Below the pieces are notes generated by a model. The model searched no databases and was not told the origin of the DNA. It saw only the letters and a list, made by a program, of their open reading frames with translations. A stretch of 64,000 bases of DNA. Origin: Promethearchaeota archaeon (GTDB lineage: Archaea; Asgardarchaeota; Lokiarchaeia; Sigyniarchaeales; SOKP01). Within the stretch, counting starts at the first letter, position 1, and each line of letters begins with the position of its first letter. The stretch spans positions 1 to 64,000 of the forward strand of contig JAHPZE010000026.1 in NCBI GenBank assembly GCA_019058365.1, given 5' to 3'. Positions 57,206-64,000 of this stretch are shown here, piece by piece. Both the position numbers and the translations under genes were made by a program.

Positions 57206-58630
57206 TTAAAGACTAGCAAACCATGAGTTAATTTGGGGGGCAAATATACACACTAATATAAACAACACTATGAATAAAATACATAATAAATTATGCCATT
57301 TAAAGTGGCCTCCAACATTTATTTTATATGCTCGGTCCCTAAACTCCCTAACTTTCGCCTTATAGAAAGTTTTTAAGCCTTTAGAAGTTAGCACTAATCT
57401 TCCATCTAGGTTTTCTATTAATCTCCCCTCTAATAGTTTATTCAAATGTTTTTCAGCAATCGCTGGTCCTAATTCATTATAAAAGAAGTCAGCAAATCCT
57501 TCATAATATTGTCGTCCGAGAGTTAGGCCTTCATTAAAATTGTTTATGAGTTCTGAACGAGTTAGACTTTCTCGTCTAATGCTTCCTAACAGATAACCCG
57601 TTAAGCGATTATCATAGACATTATCTGCTATTACTTTTATTGCGGTAATGTCAAAATCCTCTTCTTTTTTTGTTAATTCGTATAATATTTCAAATCCCTC
57701 TTTGAAGACTAAGATAGATATAATAATTCCTACAATAGAATCAACAAATGAATAATTAAATATAGCAAAAGTTAAACCAATTAATACTCCTGCAGATAGT
57801 TTTACATTTAATTCTGAATCCTTAGAATCACTTAAAAGAGATAAATTTCCAGATGTTCTTCCTACCATCCCTTTCAAAAACATTAATCCAGTATTTCCTA
57901 ATATTGATGCAATTCCTATAATGTAAGCTTGAATAGTTGGTGTAATATTAATGGGATTCAATAAAGCTTCAATATTAGACCAAATTAAGGTACCCCCAGT
58001 GAATAGCATTAATAAAATAATTATTACACTTGCAATTTTGTCTTTTTTAAACTTTAGTCCTAAAATAACAATAATTCCAATTTTGCCTAAATCTGTTAGA
58101 TTTTCAAATCCGTCTGCAACCATTCCTTGGGATCCTAAATTCAAACCCGTTAAAATTTTTAATAAAGAAATAACGATTAAAAAAACTGCTGTGGAAAGCA
58201 TCACCATAGTCTTAGAGAAAAATATCCTCATCCAATAAGAAGTGTGTAAGTTCCAAAAGTAGCTAAATTCAACAAGATTTATTCCCTCATCAGTAAGCGT
58301 TATAATATTATCTTGATTAATGTGAATCAATTTTTTTCGTTTTGCGTTCTGCAAAAATTCCTCCACATCCTCGTCTCCTATAACAACATTTCGTGTAGAG
58401 GAAATAAAAAAAAGACGCATCTTGGACTTTAAATCATCAATTATATTAACTCCATCATATATCAAACATAAAAAACCATATAAAAAAGTATGGTGAGGGT
58501 CATGGTTATGAGATTCATAATATTTTATCATTAAGTAATATCCTTTACTTGTTGGACCATACTTTAGCTCTTTTTTTGAATATTGAGCTTTTAAATCTGT
58601 TAAAGGCATTAAATTATGATATTTTCCCAA
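57206..58630 (-). CDS. Cation diffusion facilitator (CDF) TM domain flanked by winged-helix-like domains
   Basis: LKILTG...SQGMVADG.ENLTD, SLLSDS.D, DSIVGIIISILVFKEG; flanks L...KLI......TLTDEG and HLNKL....LI......LTSKG. Confidence 0.75.
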   Translation of the reverse strand: MGKYHNLMPLTDLKAQYSKKELKYGPTSKGYYLMIKYYESHNHDPHHTFLYGFLCLIYDGVNIIDDLKSKMRLFFISSTRNVVIGDEDVEEFLQNAKRKKLIHINQDNIITLTDEGINLVEFSYFWNLHTSYWMRIFFSKTMVMLSTAVFLIVISLLKILTGLNLGSQGMVADGFENLTDLGKIGIIVILGLKFKKDKIASVIIILLMLFTGGTLIWSNIEALLNPINITPTIQAYIIGIASILGNTGLMFLKGMVGRTSGNLSLLSDSKDSELNVKLSAGVLIGLTFAIFNYSFVDSIVGIIISILVFKEGFEILYELTKKEEDFDITAIKVIADNVYDNRLTGYLLGSIRRESLTRSELINNFNEGLTLGRQYYEGFADFFYNELGPAIAEKHLNKLLEGRLIENLDGRLVLTSKGLKTFYKAKVREFRDRAYKINVGGHFKWHNLLCILFIVLFILVCIFAPQINSWFASL

Positions 58631-58762
58631 TAAAATGCTTAAATAAATTTATATTAAAATTAATTTTGGAAGTAAATAAAATATAACTATAAATTTTTTA
58701 ATCTATGATTTCATTGATAATTAATTAAATAGTGTTTACAAAATAACTTATATAATATAAAA

Positions 58763-59266
58763 ATGATAGAATCAGAAGCTTTACTAAAATTTCTTAAAGA
58801 TAGAAGAAGTATAAGATCATTTCAAGATAAGGTTATATCAGAAAAAGAAATTGAAATGATTTTAGAAGCTGGAAGATGGACTCCAAGTGCCTCAAATCGT
58901 CAACCGTGGGAGTTTATCGTCATACAAAATAAGGAAATTCTGGAAAAAATCTCAAAAACGGCATTTTATGGCAAATTTATGAAAGGAATTCCAATAGCAA
59001 TAGCAATTGTAGCTAAAATTAAAACAAGTCCTAAATGGTATTTGATTGATACATCATTAGTTTCAATGAATATGATACTAATGGCTTGGTCTTTAGGGAT
59101 TGGCACATGTTGGATAGGAGCTATGAATAGAGAAAAAGCAAAAGAAATACTGGGTCTAGGAGATAAGGACCATCTTTTAACTGTATTACCTTTTGGATAT
59201 ATTAAAGGAGAGATTCCTGAACCTACTTCTAGGAAACCGTTAAATAAAATAGTAAAATATGTATAG
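58763..59266 (+). CDS. Nitroreductase family protein
   Basis: RRSIRSF, PSASNRQPWEF, LGIGTCWIG, FGY. Confidence 0.93.
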   Translation: MIESEALLKFLKDRRSIRSFQDKVISEKEIEMILEAGRWTPSASNRQPWEFIVIQNKEILEKISKTAFYGKFMKGIPIAIAIVAKIKTSPKWYLIDTSLVSMNMILMAWSLGIGTCWIGAMNREKAKEILGLGDKDHLLTVLPFGYIKGEIPEPTSRKPLNKIVKYV

Positions 59267-59281
59267 GTCGATAAAGATGTA

Positions 59282-60448
59282 TCAAACTGGAATTGTAAGA
59301 TCTTCAAGAGCTTCTGGAGCTTTAGTAAATTTTTGATATCCAGTTTCAGTAATCAAGACAGTATCAGAATGACGAAACCCTCCTAATCCTGGTATATAGA
59401 CACCAGGTTCAACACTAATTACCATATTTTTTTCTAATATTCTATCATATCCTTCTGCTAAGAAAGGAGCTTCATGTCCAGTAATTCCAAGACCATGTCC
59501 AGTACGGTGGATTATATAATCACCATATCCCTTTTCTGTTATAAAATTCCTAACTGCTTTATCTACATTACTCATGATTATTCCTGGTTTTAGCATACTA
59601 TATGCTAGAGCTCTTGCTTCAAACATTACTTCAAAGGGTCTTACAGTCTTCTCAGGCACGTGTCCTAAAAAGAAAGACCGTTCAATCTCAACTCCATATC
59701 CATCTACGCGAGCAGAGACTATTGAAACATGCGGCCCACCCTCTTCCATAGGGGCAAATATATGAGGTATTAGATGAGGATCATGAGAAATTGATGGAGG
59801 CCAAACAGCTCCTGTGGTCTCTGTGGCTCTAAAGTTAGCATTAGGTATATCTTGGACTATTTTAGACGTCATAGCATCAGTAACCTCTTTATATAAAGCA
59901 AATTCAAGGACTTTCGGACGACACCTTTTTAATAATACTTTATGCCCTTTATTTACTACTCGACACGCATGATAAATCCGTCCTATTTCATAATCAGTCT
60001 TAATAATACGAGCTTCATCAATTATATCTGAAACAATTATTTCTCCGGGAGTTTTATTGACAATTCCTATAGGTAATTCAGATTCAATGCCTACTTTACC
60101 ATTTGATCTAATTTGCTTTTGATAATAATCATACCAGTTATCGCCGGGTCGAGCAGGAAATTCATAGTAAACAACAAAATCGAGTTCGCATCGCGCTCTA
60201 GATTCAAAATGCCCTTTCTCTAGTCGTGGAATTAACATTTTTGGTAATTGATCTTTTTCTATTATAAGTATAAATGGGCGTTCATGGACATAAAATGCAA
60301 AATTGGTTAAATAATAGATATTTACTGGATTAAATGAAATATAATAATCCAACTCCTGTTGCTTCATTAATTTTCTAACTTTCTCCAAACGATTCGACAA
60401 TTCTTCTGGACTTGGAGGACCAGTAATGGATTTTATTTTGATACTCAT
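59282..60448 (-). CDS. Xaa-Pro peptidase (M24B) family
   Basis: Creatinase N-domain, HRTGHGLG..GHEAP, SVEPGVY, GFRHSDTV. Confidence 0.9.
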   Translation of the reverse strand: MSIKIKSITGPPSPEELSNRLEKVRKLMKQQELDYYISFNPVNIYYLTNFAFYVHERPFILIIEKDQLPKMLIPRLEKGHFESRARCELDFVVYYEFPARPGDNWYDYYQKQIRSNGKVGIESELPIGIVNKTPGEIIVSDIIDEARIIKTDYEIGRIYHACRVVNKGHKVLLKRCRPKVLEFALYKEVTDAMTSKIVQDIPNANFRATETTGAVWPPSISHDPHLIPHIFAPMEEGGPHVSIVSARVDGYGVEIERSFFLGHVPEKTVRPFEVMFEARALAYSMLKPGIIMSNVDKAVRNFITEKGYGDYIIHRTGHGLGITGHEAPFLAEGYDRILEKNMVISVEPGVYIPGLGGFRHSDTVLITETGYQKFTKAPEALEDLTIPV

Positions 60449-60514
60449 AATTCATGTCAATAATTTATGATAATAATATTATAAGATTAAATTAGAAATA
60501 AAACATTCTTCTTC

Positions 60515-62116
60515 TTGAAAATGACATTTGGATATTTTGGTTTAGTTTTACATGGACATATTCCATGGTGTAAAAAGTCTGGTACATGGCCTGCAGGAGA
60601 GGAATGGCTCATGGAAGCTATGAATGAGACATATATACCTATGTTAAATATTTTAAGGGAATTAAAAGAGAATGGAATAAAGACAGCTATTACAATTAAT
60701 ATTACACCAATATTGGCTGAACAATTAGCAGATGAATATATGAAACAACGATTTACAGAATATATGGAGAATTTAATATCAAGAGCTAAAAATGATATTA
60801 AACGATTTAAAAATCACCAAGAAAGAAAGCTTATTGCTGAATACAATTTAAGGAACTTCGAGAAAGTATTAGACACATTTTATCATAATTATTATAGAAA
60901 TCTATTAGGTTCATTTAAATGGCTTCAAGAGGAAGGAATGATTGAATTGATAACATCTGGAGTAACACATGGATTTTTGCCACTTTTTGAGAGTGATTCA
61001 GGAATTTTTTCTCAAATTCAGTTAGCTATTGATAATTATAAGAAGTATTTTAATAAGGAACCTAAAGGTATCTGGCTTCCCGAATGTGCTTATCGACCAA
61101 AAGATTATCAAAAGGGAAAAGTTAGGGAGAGTATTGACTATTGGCTAAACAATTCTGGGATAGAATATTTTTTTGTAGACTCTCATGGAATTTTAAATGC
61201 TGAAATTTTAGAGCATAAAAATGAAATTGGATTAAATACAAATTTTGGTTATGCTTTAAGATCAGGACTTTCAGTATTTGGCAGAAATAGAAGAACTAGT
61301 AGACAGGTATGGGACGCAGAAATAGGATATCCTGGAAATGAATATTATAGGGAATTTCATAAAAAAGATAATGAATCAGGTTTACATTATTGGAGAATTA
61401 CTAGCAAAGAATTAGGAAAAGCGGAAAAACAACTTTATAATATTGAAAAGGCAGAGGAAATAGTCAAATCCCATGCTAATCATTTTGTCTCATTAGTCTC
61501 TGAGGAACTAAAGCAATTTTCAGATAAATTTAACCAACGAGGAATTATTATTTCTCCATATGATTTTGAGCTCTATGGCCATTGGTGGATGGAAGGTATA
61601 TCTTGGCTAAAAAAAATATTTGGATTGATTTATAACCATGAAGAATTAGAAATGATCACTATTAGTGATTATTTATCTAAATTTAAAGAAAATTTTTCGA
61701 TAATTAAAATGGAGGAGAGCAGTTGGGGAGAAGGGGGTCACTTTCAAGTCTGGAAGAATCCGGAACATAGTTGGATTTGGCCATATATCAATGGCTCAAT
61801 CAAAGAGTTTGAAAATGTTCTGGAAGATAATTTGAATCCCAATGAATGGGGGAAAAGAATCTTACAACAAGCAGCAAGAGAACTTTTATTAATGGAAGGG
61901 AGTGATTGGCCCTTTCTTCTTTACACTAAACAAGCAAAAGAATATGCCAATCAAAGGTTTCACCATCATCACCAGCGATTTAATAAATTAATATGGGCTG
62001 GAAAGGATTCACATGATAAAAATCGTATTTCTTTAAGAGAATTAGAAGAAATTGAATCAATAGATTCTTGTTTTAAAGAGATAAATATAAATTATTTTAG
62101 AAAAATTAAAGGATAA
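60515..62116 (+). CDS. GH57 glycoside hydrolase, 1,4-alpha-glucan branching enzyme (DUF1957)
   Basis: LHGHIP, THGFLP, WLPECAY, YDFELYGHWW.EG, SSWG, SDWPF. Confidence 0.93.
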   Translation: MKMTFGYFGLVLHGHIPWCKKSGTWPAGEEWLMEAMNETYIPMLNILRELKENGIKTAITINITPILAEQLADEYMKQRFTEYMENLISRAKNDIKRFKNHQERKLIAEYNLRNFEKVLDTFYHNYYRNLLGSFKWLQEEGMIELITSGVTHGFLPLFESDSGIFSQIQLAIDNYKKYFNKEPKGIWLPECAYRPKDYQKGKVRESIDYWLNNSGIEYFFVDSHGILNAEILEHKNEIGLNTNFGYALRSGLSVFGRNRRTSRQVWDAEIGYPGNEYYREFHKKDNESGLHYWRITSKELGKAEKQLYNIEKAEEIVKSHANHFVSLVSEELKQFSDKFNQRGIIISPYDFELYGHWWMEGISWLKKIFGLIYNHEELEMITISDYLSKFKENFSIIKMEESSWGEGGHFQVWKNPEHSWIWPYINGSIKEFENVLEDNLNPNEWGKRILQQAARELLLMEGSDWPFLLYTKQAKEYANQRFHHHHQRFNKLIWAGKDSHDKNRISLRELEEIESIDSCFKEININYFRKIKG

Positions 62117-62654
62117 AGATTGCGGCAGCAATAACAGCTGCCCATTCGTTTTCTTCTTTTACTGTTGCACTTGCTGTGATATTTTTGGTTTCTACAATTT
62201 TTCCTCCCATTTTAAATATGTCTTTTTTTTCATCATAATTTAAATTGGGATCAAAAGGAATTCCTAGAGTTGATGCTAGCATTTCAGCAGCTAGATCTTC
62301 TGCTATATCTCCTACATTCTCTGGCTTTATTCCGAAAGAATGATGTTCGCTTAAATACCCATAAAAGCCCTTATCAGCGGGTTTAGCGACCCCTATTGAA
62401 GCACAAATTAGCCGATTATACTCATTAGATTCAATCCTTGCTATAACAGCAAAAACAACTTGACCCGGACGGAGTTGTTTTAAACCATCTTCGGTACTGA
62501 CTTCAATACAATACGGAGGTAAAATGGAAGAAACATTCACTATATTATACTTTTCAATTCCAGCATCTCTTAGGGCTTCTTCGAAAGCAGCTAGCTTAGA
62601 TCTATGAAAACCCTTACCATTAACAAAGAAAACCTTTTTTGGGACTAATGACAT
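62106..62654 (-). CDS. pdaD: Pyruvoyl-dependent arginine decarboxylase
   Basis: FE.ALRDAGI..YN.V.VSSILPP (SS cleavage site), YGYLSEHH. Confidence 0.93.
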   Translation of the reverse strand: MSLVPKKVFFVNGKGFHRSKLAAFEEALRDAGIEKYNIVNVSSILPPYCIEVSTEDGLKQLRPGQVVFAVIARIESNEYNRLICASIGVAKPADKGFYGYLSEHHSFGIKPENVGDIAEDLAAEMLASTLGIPFDPNLNYDEKKDIFKMGGKIVETKNITASATVKEENEWAAVIAAAIFIL

Positions 62655-62988
62655 TACTTAATCGTTATTTGTTTATGTTATATAATTAAGAATTTAATAT
62701 TAACGCTTTTATTTAAATTTATTCGAAATGTTAATAATATAATAATAAATTTGATGACTAAGTCGTTATAATTCTGCTTGATCCATCAAAAAGTTATTTA
62801 TCTCTTTTTAATTATTAAAAAATAATATCTTTTGGAATTAAATTAATGATCTAAAGGAAAGTTTGAAGATATATTAAAAAATATATTCTATTTAAAACAA
62901 TTATTTCAATTGAATACAAGATTTTCAAGATTCTTTAAAAAAACTGAAAAGAATTAATTTAAAATACTTAAAGCATTTAATTTTATTT

Positions 62989-63978
62989 ATGAATTCTCAT
63001 CAAAAAGAAGATTATTTAATAAAAAAAGTCCAACCTTTTAATGTCAAACAAGTAAAAAATATTAATGACATTTTAATCTCTCTTAAGGATTGCGGCTTTC
63101 AAGGAAGAAATTTAGGTTTGGCACTTGATATTTTAGAAAAAATGGTTACTAAAGAAAAATGTTTAACGGTATTAACATTAAGCGGTGCAATGGTTCCTGC
63201 AGGTATGGGTGATTTAGTTTCAATATTGATGGAATATAAATTTATTGATGTTTTAATCAGTACTGGAGCAAATATTACACATGATTTAGTAGATGCAGCT
63301 AGTGATATTGGACATTACTTAGGAAGCCCTAATGTAGATGACGATGATTTATTTAAACATAGGATAAATAGAATTTATGATATTTTTCTACCCGAGGATA
63401 ATTATGAAAAAGCTGATCAAGAATTATTAAGAATTATTCAGTCTTTATTTGACCAGAAAAAAATACATATCACACCTTCAGAATTACTACAGAAAATAGG
63501 GAGTAAAATTTCATCAAAATGTATTCTTTCAACAGCCGCAAAAAATAACATCCCCATATTCATTCCAGCCTTTTCAGATTCAGAGTTGGCTTTAAAACTC
63601 ATAAAATATGAGATCTATGAAAATTATGACTTCCAATTTGATATTTTAGCAGATATAAGAAAATTTGGAAATATTGTAAAAAGTTTTAAAGAATATGGAA
63701 CCATCATCGTAGGTGGTGGCGTTCCACGTAATTGGGCTCAACAAATCTTCCCTATGTTAGATCAATTTGATAGGATAGTGAATATGGGTTACAATTATTC
63801 AGTTCGAATTCATACTGCTATGGAATATGATGGAGGTTTGTCGGGTAGTACATTCTCAGAGGCAAAATCTTGGGGTAAATATTCTTTAGATTCAAAACAC
63901 GTTAGTGTATGGTGTGATGCTACAATTGCTTTACCAATTTTAATTACAGGGTTATTTCAACGGTTGAAAATTATTTAA
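62989..63978 (+). CDS. dys: Deoxyhypusine synthase
   Basis: GFQGRNLG, SGAM, STGAN, GGGVPRN, DGGLSGST..EAKSWGK, DATIALP. Confidence 0.92.
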   Translation: MNSHQKEDYLIKKVQPFNVKQVKNINDILISLKDCGFQGRNLGLALDILEKMVTKEKCLTVLTLSGAMVPAGMGDLVSILMEYKFIDVLISTGANITHDLVDAASDIGHYLGSPNVDDDDLFKHRINRIYDIFLPEDNYEKADQELLRIIQSLFDQKKIHITPSELLQKIGSKISSKCILSTAAKNNIPIFIPAFSDSELALKLIKYEIYENYDFQFDILADIRKFGNIVKSFKEYGTIIVGGGVPRNWAQQIFPMLDQFDRIVNMGYNYSVRIHTAMEYDGGLSGSTFSEAKSWGKYSLDSKHVSVWCDATIALPILITGLFQRLKII

Positions 63979-64000
63979 TTTATCTTAAATATCTTCTAAT

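Noticed and set aside
2399-59765. Many 60-120 aa ORFs nested in or antisense to longer genes (e.g. 2399, 4353, 4411, 4743, 4971, 6145, 6855, 9293, 14456, 16553, 17213, 18111, 21923, 25256, 26455, 28106, 32441, 39057, 40926, 47504, 50158, 50832, 51755, 54026, 55393, 57951, 58966, 59574)
   Set aside because: They overlap well-supported genes, have shadow-like composition and no motifs
1-64000. tRNA, rRNA or CRISPR arrays
   Set aside because: No GC-rich structured intergenic segment or regularly spaced repeat seen by eye; tRNAscan-SE or Infernal would be needed to exclude small RNAs

Overview
AT-rich, gene-dense archaeal chromosome segment, most likely from an Asgard archaeon of the Lokiarchaeia (inference). 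Supporting signs are archaeal information-processing genes (TFB, RpoE1, Spt4, RpoN, S24e, S27ae, S28e, S6e, L7Ae, L24e, separate Kae1 and Bud32, Taw1) together with eukaryotic-signature-type proteins (two Rab-like GTPases, an Arf-like GTPase, two roadblock/LC7 proteins, two gelsolin-like proteins). Metabolic genes include acs, a corrinoid protein/methyltransferase pair, fae-hps, a GH57 enzyme, pdaD and deoxyhypusine synthase. I saw no rRNA, tRNA, CRISPR array, transposase or integrase. Main observations: (1) At least four genes (L7Ae, L24e, an alkyltransferase-like protein, a cupin) appear to start at ATT/ATA codons behind Shine-Dalgarno-like motifs. (2) A cluster at 52.6-58.6 kb encodes unusual DNA-binding/membrane proteins: a TrmB-like protein split by a ~520-aa helical hairpin with a basic/aromatic tip at its midpoint, a transmembrane winged-helix regulator next to a paralogous ectodomain-only partner carrying a GPS-like HFS motif, and a CDF transporter flanked by two winged helices. 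(3) An apparently inactive CoA-transferase fused to a Pat-type GNAT is transcribed divergently from acs. (4) A degenerate copy of the acs 3' end brackets the corrinoid cassette. (5) A pseudo-GTPase is fused to an alpha-solenoid. (6) Taw1 carries a winged-helix insertion. All family calls come from motif recognition by eye, not from database searches.
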